The notes: generated from the sequence alone by a model not told the origin. A stretch of DNA of 64,000 nucleotides from Thecamonas trahens ATCC 50062 (GCF_000142905.1 NW_013657660.1:334056-398055); one strand, 5' to 3'. Shown: positions 13,201 to 25,205, counted from the first letter of the stretch. A program made the numbers and translations.

Positions 13201-15592
13201 TTGTGCCATGCTCCGCGTGTGAAAGCGAGCCAACCGCCTCGACCAGGCTTCCGGATGGCGTCGGACTCCGTGTTGCAGGAGGCGCCCGAGGCCGGGAGCG
13301 CTGCACTTTGTCCCCATCGTCGCGACGCGGAAGAGAGGTTGCGCGACGGGAGGAAAGTGGGCGGCGCCGGGAGAGCGATGCTTGCTCGGACTTGGCAGGC
13401 TGGACGGGAGGCGCACTGGTCGGAGAGAGTGAGCGCGAGCGCGAGAACGAGCCGCTCCTCGCCTTCACCTCAAGCGAGGAGGTGTGAACGAGCGCGAGCT
13501 CATCCAGCTCGCGGGCGCGGGCGTCAGCGGTCATGTATAGGTCATAGTCGGAGCGGACAGAGGTGAGCTGTGAAGCCTGGGCTCGCAGTTGGGCCTTGAG
13601 CTCGCGAATAGTGCTCTTGTACACCGCCTCCTTGCTCTCGTACGCAGCCCGCTGCTCGATAGCTTCGGTGTGGGATTCGTCGCGGAGAACACGCAGCTTG
13701 CGCTCAAGGTCAGCAACCCGGAGAGCGAGCTCTCCCTCGCGGGCCTCGGCGCCGGAGCGGAGGGCATCGGCCTCGGCCTCGATCAACTCGGCACGGGCAA
13801 GCTGCTGTTCCAGCTCTTTCTGTAAGGCCGAGCTGTCGCCGGCGGCGTTGGCGAGCGCATCGTGGCGGAGCTGCATACGGGAACTGTGCTCGCGCAGATC
13901 GTCCAACTCTTGCATCAACGCCTTGTAGGCCTCGTTGGCGTCAGCAAGCTCGGCCTCGAGGCCGCTGATCTGGTTCTCCAAGTCGGAGATGGTGACTTTC
14001 TGAGTGCGAACAGTGGCCTGCTCGGCTTCGAGAGCGGCGTTGTGCTCGGCCACAAGCGCACGGCGCTCGTCCATGGCGACCAGTGACTGGTGGGCGAGCT
14101 TAGCGCGGGCAACACGGGCTCGCTCACGAGCTTCCTGCGCCTCCTGCCAGTGATCAACCAGAGTGGCCCGCTCGGAGACTTTGGCAAACGACTTGGCAAT
14201 GACCGACTTTGCGTGTGCCACAAACATCTTCTTCTCCGGTGTATCGGTCGGCACCTCGGGCGGAGGCCCACTCTCGCGCGGAGTTGTCAGCGACGAGTCG
14301 CGTGGCGTCTCCGCCTCGGCCAGCTGCTCGGCGTACTTGACGAGGTTCTTGACGTCAACTGCGTACTGACGCTCGTACTTGGAGCGGAGCTGAGCCTCAA
14401 TCTGGGCGACGTTGCGTGCCGAGACGGGCGTCACGTCACCGCTGCCCCACGCCCGCCCCTGCGGTGCGGCCGACAGGCGCAAGCGATCGAGGGCGCGCGC
14501 GGCCTCGGAGCGGTCCCTGGCAGCCTTGGCCTGCACCTTGCGCATCTTTTGGCGCTCGCGGTAAATCTCCTCTTCCATCTTGACCAGCAGCGACTCCATG
14601 GCTGACTTTTGCGCGTCGAGCCTGTTGGCCCGAAGCAGCTGGGCCCGGAGCGACGCGTCCATCGAAAGCACGTTCTTGATCGCGGTCTCGACAAGGGCGC
14701 GCAGTTCGGTGACGGTGCCAACGGTCAGGAGCCGGTCCGGCGAGTCGCCGACAGCATGCAGGAGCGCAAGCAGATTAAAGCACTGATCGCGAAGCGAGCC
14801 AAAGTCCTCCAGGCCGTGCTGGCGGTAGTAGACCTGAACTTCGGTCAGTGCTTCCATGGCGGCCTTGGTCTCCAGCTCTTCGGCGACCCACGCCGGCTCG
14901 TCCGGCTCAGTCTCGCGCGCGTAGCTGAGCCACTGCTCGACCTCGTCGAGCTTGGCCATCCGCTCATCGTACGAAAGGTAAAAGGCACGGACCGACTCGT
15001 GGGTAAAGAGCCGTGAAAGTGCGTTGGCTCGTTTGATCCGCTCCTCGCGCGAGAGATGCACATAAAGATGCGGGGCGCCGGGAAGCTCAGCGCCGTGGTC
15101 TTCGAGCGCTTGCTCGGTCAGGTACGCAGCCATCGGATCTTCATGCTGGTCGTCAACGCCGAGATCGGGTACCGCAAACGCAGCCTCAAGACCTTCTAGT
15201 TTGTACTCCATCTCGTTAAGCGTGGCTTCTGCCCTCGTCAGCGAGGTGAGCGCCACGTATCCCGTCGATGCCCGCCGGCGCGCCTCCTGGTACCGAGCGT
15301 CGCGCTCAGCATCGAGCCTGGCGGCGCGCGCACTCTGGATGGCAGCATCGGCACGGGCTTCAACCTCTTTGTCCAGATCGCCAATCCGCGCATCCAACTC
15401 GGCCTGCGCCTCCTCCCACAGGGCAAAGTACTCTCCCGGCGAGGCAAACATCGGGTCTGTTGGCCGAGCCGGCGGCGGCGGCTCTGGAGCAGCAGCGACG
15501 ACAGGCTCTCTAAAGCGGACAACCGGCGAGGCTCGAGCCGCCCTCAGCTCTTCAGCCTTGCCCGCTCGTCGTAGTCTCCCTTGTCTGTCCAT
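10296..15592 (-). CDS. Soluble coiled-coil class III adenylyl cyclase, with one apparent frameshift at about 11678
   Basis: Cyclase domain at about 12420-11840: '[16 protein letters not shown]', '[15 protein letters not shown]', '[11 protein letters not shown]', '[17 protein letters not shown]'. The Lys/Asp specificity residues indicate ATP. Long heptad regions flank the domain and there is no TM segment. ORF 10296..11678 continues the coiled coil if one G is added. Confidence 0.85.
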
Positions 15593-15657
15593 ACTCCCCC
15601 GTCCCGTTTACCAGGGTAAAGGAGGGAGGTGGTGCGGCAGGGCCAGGGCGGTCAGGC

Positions 15658-15701
15658 AGCGAGCGAGCGAGAGAGAGCGAGCGAGCGAGCGAGCGAGCGA
15701 G
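15658..15701. repeat. (GCGA)n/(GA)n microsatellite in a divergent intergenic region
   Basis: Read directly. Confidence 0.8.
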
Positions 15702-15967
15702 TGGGACGGACGATGGGCATGACAGGATCAAAACGTGATTGATCGGGTGAGCAGGAGGGAGGTCAAGAGCATGTGTTTAGCAGTGTTAGATAGAGGTAAG
15801 TGAGTTGGGAAGAGTGGCAGAAAGGAGCATGGAGAGAATCAGTCTGATCATGTCCATAAACGTAGAGGAGGCTGAGAAGGAGTGAGGAGGTCACGCGGTG
15901 CTCAGACAGTGTCAGGGTGCAGGGAGTTGCAGAGACCGTCTCAACGGGCCAACACGCAACTCGTGCA

Positions 15968-18900
15968 ATGGTGGGGTTCACGCAGAGAAGGCTCCGGCTT
16001 GCGCTGTATGTGGTGATGGCGGTGGGTGTGGTCTCGGGTCTGCACATGGCCTTTATGCATGCCTCGTTCAGCCACGATGCCCATGTCGCGGCCTCGGTCT
16101 CTTCTAGGACGGCGTCGACAGAGGCATCGGCAAAGGCGTCAAGTGCTGCTGTCTCCTCCTCGACACGGACAGTGGACTCTGTGTCGGCACGGGATGGGCG
16201 GCGTCCTCCGGCAGAGGTTGTCCCCTCGAGAGATGACTACACCAGGGCTCATGCCCGTAACCTCTCGGCGTCGCAGGGCGACGAGGCGGACAAGGCTGAG
16301 TCGGGCAAGACGGGAGCCGGGAGCAAGACGGCCGATGTGGCGGATGCTGCCGACACGGGTGGCAAGACCCACAAGGAGAGCAAGAGCGGTGGGAGCACGT
16401 CTCGGTCGGCGTTGAAGCCTGCCGATAGCAGCGGCGGTGATGGCAAGGAAAACGAGGATGATGTGGTGGGTCAGCCGAGGCGGGCGTCGACTCCGGCGCC
16501 GTCAAACGGTCGGCAAGCGCTGCCTTCCGCCGGGCCTCGTCATCGTCCAAGTCAAGCAGGGGTGCGGACGAGTCGGGCATAGACTCGGCGTCTGAGGAAG
16601 GGAAGAGTGCCGGCTCAGACGCGCTGGCCAGCATTTTGGAGGATCTCACTATGTATCACGACCGGTTCAAGGGATCCGAGTTTGGGGCAAGTACCTGCTC
16701 AAGAGCATGAATGGTGAGCCAAGGCCGAAGCGAAGCAATCGGCCCATGCCGCAGCCGCTGGCATGGCTGGATGGGCTTGAAGGTCTGGACGGGAGCCTTC
16801 AGGTCGACGGTGAGACCCTCCCGCGGCCGTATCGGGTGCTGGACTCGATCTGGTCGGCATTCAAGGAGGGAGTCGTGCCGGTGACGAGTCTGTACCGTGG
16901 CGCTGTAGCCAAAACGCAGGCCAAGGCGGTGATGGCGAGCTCAGGCGCCGGGCCCGAGTCCGGCTCGGTCTCGCATGACACGTTCTCGTCGTTGTGGACA
17001 ACGTACGTGGAGGCGATGCAGGATGCAGCCGAGCCGTCGGGCAGCGTGCTTGTACTTGGCGCGCCCGAGTACGCGTACGCGGCGGCGGCGGTGGATCGTA
17101 GCTCGCTTTTTGTGGTGGTTGCACCGCGGGATGCGCAGGTGAGCGAGAGCCGCCCGGTGGGCAACGTGGTAGTGACCCAGAGCTCACTGTCGTTCCTAGA
17201 GACGCTAGTCTTTCTCAACGACCAGCCGGATGTGTACTTTGACGCGATGGTCGTGCCGGATCTCGGAGCCACGTTCCAGGACCTGCTTCCGCACGAGTTT
17301 ACCAAGATGTACGCGCTGGCACTCACGCTCGCGCGGTCTGTCTGGGTGCCGTCTGCGACGCGGCTGTTTGACTCGACGCCGTTTCTGGGCTCTTGGGCCA
17401 ATGCGGCTGCGCTCCTGACCGACGCCGCTAAGCTTGCGGGCGTGCGAGCTGATGTCGGAAGCGTGCACGCGCCGACACCAGCGGCTGCGGCGCGTACGTA
17501 CTCACCACGGTACGGGTACGCGCCATCGCCGGCACCTGGCCGGCACCGCTCGACAAGTATGGTGCGGATGACGGTGCGTGAGGCGGCGCGGACGGTGGAT
17601 GCCGACGGGTGCGCGCGGCTTGGCCTTGAAGCCGGCTCTGAGCTCTGTGTGCTCTCACTGACGACGCCTCAATACAACGTATCGGCCAATGTGTCGGACT
17701 ATGAGGCATTCTCGACGTTCCGGCTTGGGTCTGGCAGTGGCCGGCACGCGCTACTGGTCAAAGTTGATGAGGCTGTGATGCGGACGGTGCCACTGCACGT
17801 GGTGCTTGCGCTTCGCCCGCTGCGGCCGGACGCACAGCTTGTGCTCAAGCGGCTCCTGCTCATGCCGCCGGGCGAGAATGTGCAGGGTTCGCAGCTGGCA
17901 CTTACGGCAACGAGCATGTTGCCTGAAGTCCTCCTCCCGTCGCAGCACCCGCTGCCTGACTCGTGGCGTGTCTCTGCCGCCACTCACGAGCATCCTGTCC
18001 GCGAGCTCGAGCCGAGCCTTGTTGGCGGCAAGCGCGGAAGTGGCGAGAAGGCGCGCGAGCGTAGCGGCTCGGGCAGCGACCTCGGCGGCGGGTCAGCGAG
18101 AACGACGCGGCGGCGGGCGAGCGCAGATGATGCAAGCGATGACATGAGCCTTGAGGAGCGGTGGCGGAAGATGCTAGGCCCCGACGGAACGAGCCCATCC
18201 GGGACGCGGCGGTCACTACTCGGCTTGCTCCCACGGCGAAGCAGCGACGGCGGGGCGGGGGCGGGCCAGGAACACGCGGCCTTTGATGCACTCTGGGCTG
18301 CTGTCCGGGAGCGAGCCGCAGCTCTGCTTCCATCGTATGCCGCCGACGCTCCCAAGGGCTCGGTCCCAGTCCTCTGCTATGGGGCCCAAGCGGCACTGCT
18401 GGGGCTCAAGCTGGTCCACGCCGAGCAAGCTGTGGTGCTGTATCTGGTGCTCCCGCCGGAAGAGGTGGAGCGCATCTCGTCAGCGCGGTCGCTGGCCCGG
18501 CAGCTCGGACTCGCCTCGCGTGTCCTTGTCTTTCCGTCGCGGCTGGACGCGGCGCGGGCGCGGCGGCTTGCGTCGCTGCCGGACGCCTTTCCGCTTGCCC
18601 TTCTCGGGGTTGAGCTGTGGCAAGAACTGCTCGCACCGAGCAGTGGTGCTGGCAACGCGGGAGTCGCACGATTTGCCGATTACCTGAGTGACGTGCTGTC
18701 GCTTGCGAGCGAGTCGCTGTTGCAGATGCCTGCCGGCGAGACGCTGGAGCAGGCGTACGGGCTGCTCTCGGCACGCGACGGTCGGGCACGGGTAGCCGAG
18801 CTGGCTGGCATCGTAGAACGGTCTGTGGCGCGAGCAGGGGTTGGGGCGAGCGCCGAGCTGGAGCTTGTGGGCTCGACGGCGACGTTGCGGAGCAACGACC

Positions 18901-20606
18901 CGGCGCAGCCGGTGATGGGCCTGGCACGTGTGAGCTGGACGAGTCTGAGCCGGACAGCGCTGGGCGGGTGCAGCACGGAGGGGCGGACAACGTCCGTCGA
19001 GCTGGGCGGCGTGGGCGGGAGGGCCGCGAGCAGTCGCGGGATCTCGCTGGCGTGGCTGCAGGCTGTGGGCATGTATCCCTCGCTGAAGCGGGTCATGTTT
19101 CGCAAGTACCTTGAGCTGGAGCTGACGGCGGGCGCAAGCGTCGGCGGCGCGGTTTGCCCACTGCACTTGCGGTACCGTGGCCCGCAACTGGGCCTGGGCA
19201 TCGATGCTGGAGCCGCGGTGACGGTCGCGGCGTCACAGTTAGGGAGCACGGTGCTGGCCGAGCTAGCTGGCGAGAAGACCAAGTTGACGCGGTTTTCGAT
19301 GATTTGCTACGAGTCTGGGCGCGGCGAGGCTGTCAAGTCTGTGGCGATGGCGTACCCAAACGCAACGATCATCTCGCTCGAGTCGTCGACTGATGATGCA
19401 ATAGCGCAGGATGAGGCGCTTGTGGCGAGCCGAGTGCGCAACGTGGTGGTGGGGACGCGTGCGCTCACACCGGGACTTGCGCATTCACTGTATGTCTCGC
19501 CGGAGTTTCTGCGGTTCCAGGTTGTGTCGCGAAGCGCGGTTCTTGCGGCGATGACCACCCTGAAGCGGGAGGCGTTTGAGACGCTGCTTGGCGAGCTATT
19601 TGGCACCGCGCTGACCACGTTTGTGGAGCTGCCCTCGGCGGAGCTGATCTCGTCTGCGCTGGCCACGCTGTTCCCGGAGGAGGCGGTGCTGTACGGGGCG
19701 GTGGCCAACGCAGGCGCTGTCTTTGAAGAGGCTCACGCGGTGGCGCTGTACAAGGACGCCGGACTGCACGTTGTGGGCGAGGGGACGCGTGTGGGCGGAG
19801 GCGAGGTTGTGGTGAGTGCGGCTGTGGTGGAAGGCACGACGGGGGTGAGCGGGCGAAGGCTCGGGTGGCAGGCTGTGCGCGTGGACGCGCTCGCGATCAA
19901 CACTGTGGTCAACCACCACTTTGAGTACCAGCTCGATGGACACGCGCGCAAGTACGCGTTCTCTGCGCGGTCAAACGCGAGCGGAGTGGAGGTCTTCCTC
20001 CAGCGGGAGGAGGACGGGTTCCGGATTCCCTACGAGTCAATCGAGGCGGTGACGCTGATTGCTGTGATGCGCCTCCAGCCGCTGGCGCGGATTTCGAACG
20101 CGTTCTACGACATGTTCCTCGCGCTGCCGCTGTACGAGGACATGGCGCCGTGGAACATTGTGTTCCGTAGCGGTCAGCTCGACTACATCGACTACGACAC
20201 CAAAGACGTGACGTTCGACGACAAGGTCGGCCTCGCGTACCAGCTTCTCTCTGCGCTGATGAACTTTGAGCGGACGGTGAAGGACTTTGGCCATTGCGGA
20301 AGCAAGGCCGGGAACGGTATCTACAACTTTGGGCACATTTCCTCGTGCGTCAAGTCGGACAACAGAGGCCCGTGCCGTGACCCCAGTTTCCCGGTCCCGT
20401 GCGGTGACGGCAAGTGTCATCCCGAGTACATCTCGTGCCTGCGGTCGCTCAACGCGATGGAGCAGGAGCGGAACGCAGAGCTGGCGGCCGAGCTGGAGGC
20501 GCGGCTCAAGGCGCCGCTGCGGCCGCTGCCGACCTCGGCCAAGCTTGGCGGCGAAGAAGCAACCGTGGTCGACGCCAACGGGAAGATGGTCATTGCGCTC
20601 AAGTGA
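15968..20606 (+). CDS. Type II membrane protein with three degenerate methyltransferase-like modules and a C-terminal kinase-like motif; two apparent frameshifts (about 16463 and 16684-16687)
   Basis: N-terminal signal anchor 'RRLRLALYVVMAVGVVSGLHMAFM' and a Ser/Gly-rich stem. ORF 16707..20606 contains 'FSMICYESGRGEAVKSVAMAYPNATIISLE' and 'DMAPWNIVF...YIDYD', followed by a Cys-rich tail. Confidence 0.6.
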
Positions 20607-20644
20607 CGGTGTCATGTCTAAGGTGTAAAGAAGGTGACTGGGGA

Positions 20645-21564
20645 CTACGGCCAGGTAAAGTACATTCGGTGGCTGCAATACCCTCCAGGGTTCTTGGCCA
20701 GGTACGCCTGGTGGTCTTCGTGGGCGGGGTAGAACTCGGCTGCGGGACGGACGTCAGTAACCACCGACTTGCCCTCAAAGCAAGTCACGGTGCCATCATC
20801 AAGCAGAGCCTGCAGCTCCGACTTGACATTTTCGACCACCTCCGCCTGTTCATCCGAGTAGGCAAACCAAACAGAAGCATACTCTGTCCCGCGATCATTG
20901 TGCTGGCGATTGAGGGTGGTGGGATCATGGAAGGAGAAGCAGAAGCGGACCAAGTCCTCGAACGACGCCTTGGAAGTATCGAGCTTGCCATGGACCACCT
21001 CGACATGACCCGTCCTACCCGAGCACACATCCCGGTAGCTGGGATCGGGCAAGTCGCCACCCATGAACCCAACCTGTGCGTCAGATATCGAATCCGGGAA
21101 CAGCTTCTGGAACTTGTGGGTGATATACTGCAGGTGGTGGAAGGGGTGGGTGAGTGGGTGAGTGACGACAGCCAAGAAAGGAGATGAAGGGGGACGGGGG
21201 GGCGAGGAAGGGGGGGGGGGGGGGGGGGGGGGTAAAGGATGGTGCGTACATGNNNNNNNNNNNNNNNNNNNNNNNNNNNNNNNNNNNNNNNNNNNNNNNN
21301 NNNNNNNNNNNNNNNNNNNNNNNNNNNNNNNNNNNNNNNNNNNNNNNNNNNNNNNNNNNNNNNNNNNNNNNNNNNNNNNNNNNNNNNNNNNNNNNNNNNN
21401 NNNNNNNNNNNNNNNNNNNNNNNNNNNNNNNNNNNNNNNNNNNNNNNNNNNNNNNNGTTATCTTGAAAAAAAAAAATGGGGGGGTAAGGAGATGTGCGTA
21501 CATGCTCTGTGCCCCAGTAGCATCCTGCACCAATGCAAAAGTTCTGGATGCTGTCGGTGGCCAT
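20645..21564 (-). CDS. msrA: Peptide methionine sulfoxide reductase A, 2 exons: 21564-21502 and 21127-20645
   Basis: Exon 1 reads MATDSIQNFCIGAGCYWGTEH (GCxW catalytic motif) followed by a GTACGC donor. Exon 2 after CTGCAG contains 'GFMGG', 'TGHVEVV', 'HDPTTLNRQHNDRGTEY', 'FYPAHEDHQAYL', 'GYCSH'. The intron spans the N-gap. Confidence 0.92.
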
Positions 21565-21945
21565 GGCGGTGGAGGCGGGCGTCAGGTGTGACAAGGTAAC
21601 GCCGGTGGCGCTGGCGGTGCCGGTGCCGGTGCCGGTGGCTGGCGGGGTAGTGGTGGTGGCATCGGAGAGGGATGTGAGGATGGTGGAGGCAGAGGTGGTG
21701 GGCAGGTGGTGTAGGTGGAGATGAAGGATGGCAAGGGTGGCCCCCATGGCTATGGTGTGCCTTGTTGCTACGTGGAGGTGAAGCATGGGGGTCACGAGAG
21801 TGGCGTGGCGGTGGCGATGGCACAGAACGTCGCGGCACGCCTGCCAACCATGCCAACGACAGGCATGCCGGCTGCAATATCAAGCTAATCGTCATGAGTA
21901 GCTTTGTACAGAGGGTCTTGATAGCCAGCGTCATCACAAACAATG

Positions 21946-21994
21946 TCGTCTCCGCATCACGTCAGAATCGTCTCCGCATCACGTCAGAATCGTC
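21946..21994. repeat. 22-bp direct repeat x2 (TCGTCTCCGCATCACGTCAGAA) between the divergent msrA genes
   Basis: Read directly. Confidence 0.85.
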
Positions 21995-22169
21995 ACCGAT
22001 CATCTCATCGGTCGCCATCGCAACCTCGGCAGCGGCGAGCGATGACTCAGCTGACAGGTGGCGGCGGTATGTACAACAGCATCAAACGAGCACTCTCTCC
22101 GTGAGACTACCAGTGAAGCCATCGCCATCACAAGGTGACAACCCACACTCATGGGCCAGGTAACATGAC

Positions 22170-22965
22170 ATGTGCGCCTTGATGTCGTCATCGGCCAAAG
22201 CTTCCAACCGAATGTCCCCCGAAAAGTCACATGTACGGAGAGGGGGGGAGGGGAGTGGAGGAACACTCATGTGGCCAGCTGATGATGGGGGATATCGTGT
22301 GAAATCATGGATCATGGGGGGGCATCTTCGGTGGTACTCTGGTTGGTGATGGGTGGGTGGTGGGCGATGGCGGTCGCACTGGTGTAACTCTCTGCTTGTG
22401 CCGGTGGTGATGATGGTCTGGTGATCTCGCTTGGCGTTGGATCTGGGTGCAGTTTCTCCTCAAGAACTTCCAGGATCAGTTCCCGGACTCGATTTCTGAG
22501 CTCGAGGTTGGGTTCATGGGCGGCGACATGGCTGATCCCGAGTACGCCGAGGTGAAAAAGGGCAAGACTAACCACGTCGAGGTGGCGCACGGACTGCTCG
22601 ATACGTCCAAGGCCTCGTTTGAGGACCTTGTCCGGTTCTGCCACTCAATCATCGATCCCACCACACACAACCAGCAGGGCATTGACCACGGGACCCAGTA
22701 CGCCACTGTCATCTTTGTCTACACTCCGGAGCAGGCCGCGACCGTGACTACCGTCATCGCCGACGTCCAAGCCTTGATCGACGCCGGCACCATCACTGGC
22801 TACAGCACACCCAACGTAGCTACTCAAATCCGCCTCGCCCGCCCGTTCTACCCTGCCCACGAGGGCCACATGCGGTACTTTGAGAAGCACCCCGAAGACA
22901 TGGGCGAGTGCTCGCATCGCATTTTCTTCAAGTGGTCCGACATCAACGTCGCCGCTTCTGGCTGA
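22170..22965 (+). CDS. msrA: MsrA paralogue; exon 2 (22453-22965) is clear, putative exon 1 (22170-22232) lacks the GCxW motif
   Basis: Exon 2 aligns with the first copy ('FPDSISELEVGFMGG', 'LDTSKASFEDLVRFC', 'FYPAHEGH'). The acceptor GTGCAG ends at 22452. The best donor, CAT|GTACGG at 22233, mirrors copy 1. Confidence 0.75.
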
Positions 22966-23231
22966 CACGAGCCCATCGGTTCACACACACCACCTGTCAC
23001 ATACAAGTACATCATCTCCGTCTCCTGTCATAACACTCGCACTTGCTCTTTACCGGCGTTACTCGGCGAATCGTTTCGAGGACCACGACACGTGCACAAC
23101 CCCCGCTCCGCCACCCGCACCTACCCAGTCTGCGCGTCATTCGACCTACCGCCACCGATGCCGCTTTCCTGACACTACCCACGCCGCCACAACCCCACAT
23201 CTCTCGACCTATATCTCTCGACCTATTCATT

Positions 23232-23825
23232 ATGTTCTGCAAGGGCATGGGCCGGGTCATGATGCCTGGCTTCCAGACCACATACAATCCGTCCAAGATG
23301 ATCGAGGGCAACTCGTGCATTCTCTGGCTGTTCCAGGGCGCCGTTGTTGACACCCCAGGCAAGTACGCCCTCGCTTGCATCGGCTCGTTTTCTCTCGTCC
23401 TTGCCATGGTCTTCCTCCAGCTTGTTCGTGAGCGGGTCTCGCTTTGGGCCTCGCGCCGATCGTCGTCGTCGTCATCGTCGTCGTCGTCGCCGTCATCGCC
23501 GTCGCTCTGCTCGGGCGGCCTGCCCATGCTCGGCTTGGACCTCGCGGTTGCTGCTCTCTTTGCGCTTCAGATGGTTCTTGCCTACTGGATCATGCTGCTG
23601 GTCATGCTCTACGAGGCCTGGATCTTCACCTCGATCATCATCGGCTTCTTTGTCTCGCAGCTCCTCGCCATCCGCCTCCGCCGCCGCTGGCGCGAGCGCA
23701 CCTGCGGCTGCCCGTCGTCGAGCGAGCAAGCCCCGCTTGTCGCTGGCTCCAAGATGGACACTGTCCATGCTGCCGCCGCCTCGTCGCCGTGCTGTGGTGG
23801 TGATGGCCACGGCGCGGCCATCTAA
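23232..23825 (+). CDS. Ctr/SLC31 copper transporter
   Basis: Met-rich N-terminus (MFCKGMGRVMMPGF), three TM helices, and an MxxxM motif in 'YWIMLLVMLYE'. Confidence 0.85.
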   Translation: MFCKGMGRVMMPGFQTTYNPSKMIEGNSCILWLFQGAVVDTPGKYALACIGSFSLVLAMVFLQLVRERVSLWASRRSSSSSSSSSSPSSPSLCSGGLPMLGLDLAVAALFALQMVLAYWIMLLVMLYEAWIFTSIIIGFFVSQLLAIRLRRRWRERTCGCPSSSEQAPLVAGSKMDTVHAAAASSPCCGGDGHGAAI

Positions 23826-23850
23826 GCCTGCTCGACGTTATGCCTTTGCA

Positions 23851-24030
23851 CGACCTCAACCCCGCGGAAGTGCTCCACCTCGTCACAATGCTCGACCTCA
23901 ACCCCGTGCAAATGCTCCACCTCGTCACAATGCTCGACCTCAACCCCGTGCAAATGCTCCACCTCGTCACAATGCTCGACCTCAACCCCGTGCAAATGCT
24001 CCACCTCGTCACAATGCTCGACCTCAACCT
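23851..24030. repeat. 42-bp minisatellite x~4.3
   Basis: Unit CTCAACCCCGTGCAAATGCTCCACCTCGTCACAATGCTCGAC, built from two related AATGCTCsACCTC sub-units. Confidence 0.92.
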
Positions 24031-24169
24031 CATCTTGATGCTCCAATACAACCTCTTGCGCACCCCCCCCCCCCCCCGCCTGTCCTTCCCTTCAATCACG
24101 AACGATCCCTCCACCCGCCACACTCCTCCCCTCCCCTTCCCCCTCCCCCCTCTCCCCCCACGCCACCCC

Positions 24170-25189
24170 ATGCTCAGACTCATCAGGTCACAGGCAAGCG
24201 TCAGGCGGTTTGTGGCGAGCGTATCGGCTGTGGCCTTTCCCGGTCAAGGCGCTCAGTATGTGGGGATGGGTGCGTCGCTGGTGGCCAGGTCGGAGGCAGC
24301 AGCTCGGGTCCATGCCGAGGCTGACGAGGCGCTGCCCGGCTTGAGCAGTATCGTTCAGGATGGCCCGGCGTCACGGCTGAACGAGACCCGGTGGACGCAG
24401 CCTGCTATTCTTGCCCACTCGATCGCAGTATGGAAGTCTGTCCTTGCTGATGATGCCCTGCCGGAGCGCCCCGACTATGTCCTGGGCCACTCGCTGGGCG
24501 AGTTCTCGGCCCTGGTGGCAGCTGGCGCCCTACCCTTTGCCGACGCGCTCTCCATCGTCCATCGTCGCGGAGAGGCCATGCAGGACGCTGTTCCGCGCGG
24601 ACAGGGCATGATGGCGGCGCTGATGCCCATGTCGCATGCGCGTGCACAGGATCTGCTGGATGCCTGGGCAGATGCCGAGTTTGAGGATCCGCACTCGGCG
24701 GCACGGGTGGTCTCCATTGCCAACGTCAACTCGCCATCACAGGTCGTCATCTCGGGCAAGGCCCAGGCTGTCCAGGATGTCATTGATCTGGCCAAGTCTT
24801 CGTTTGGCGTTCGCCGCGCCACAAAACTTCCGGTCTCCGCGCCCTTTCACTGCGAGCTGATGGCCCCGGCCGCCACCGCCGTCCGTGCCATGCTTGAGGC
24901 TCTGCCTGGCGGCCTCTGCGCTCCGGCCATGCCCATCGTCTCCAACATCGACGCCCACCCTCGAGCCGCCGGTGGCTCAGAGCTGGTCGACGCTCTTGTG
25001 GCGCAGACCACGTCGTCAGTCCTCTGGTATCCCTCGCTCGAGTGGCTCGTCGATCCGGCCGGTGGCAACGTCGACACCTTTGTCCTCATCGGCCCGGGCA
25101 CCGCCACCCTTGCCTCGTTCTTGCGGCCGCTGATGGCCGCCCGAACCGCAGCCGGCGGGCCCGAGCTCCGCGTCCTCGAATTCGAGTAA
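24170..25189 (+). CDS. fabD: Malonyl-CoA:ACP transacylase, probably mitochondrial
   Basis: Motifs 'FPGQGAQYVGMG', 'TQPAI', catalytic 'GHSLGE', 'ANVNSPSQVVISG', 'VSAPFH'. The Arg-rich, acid-free N-terminus MLRLIRSQASVRRF resembles a presequence. Confidence 0.93.
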   Translation: MLRLIRSQASVRRFVASVSAVAFPGQGAQYVGMGASLVARSEAAARVHAEADEALPGLSSIVQDGPASRLNETRWTQPAILAHSIAVWKSVLADDALPERPDYVLGHSLGEFSALVAAGALPFADALSIVHRRGEAMQDAVPRGQGMMAALMPMSHARAQDLLDAWADAEFEDPHSAARVVSIANVNSPSQVVISGKAQAVQDVIDLAKSSFGVRRATKLPVSAPFHCELMAPAATAVRAMLEALPGGLCAPAMPIVSNIDAHPRAAGGSELVDALVAQTTSSVLWYPSLEWLVDPAGGNVDTFVLIGPGTATLASFLRPLMAARTAAGGPELRVLEFE

Positions 25190-25205
25190 GCTGCCCCACT
25201 ACCAT

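Noticed and set aside
21215-21505. Apparent duplication of the msrA exon-1 donor (CATGTACGCAC) on both sides of the N-gap
   Set aside because: Most likely overlapping low-quality contig ends around a poly-G tract, i.e. an assembly artefact.
22270-22295. GCC AGC TGA TGA TGG GGG as a selenocysteine MsrA motif
   Set aside because: There are two consecutive TGAs, no aromatic residue before Trp, and no suitable splice donor, so it does not fit GU(F/Y)W.
23851-24030. 42-bp repeats as a CRISPR array or as the N-terminus of FabD
   Set aside because: The units are contiguous with no unique spacers and no cas genes are present. FabD has a better start at 24170 with a presequence-like N-terminus.
20645-25189. 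Functional cluster of msrA x2, Ctr and fabD (likewise dapF near the PQ-loop lysine transporter)
   Set aside because: There is no evidence beyond proximity in a gene-dense genome.
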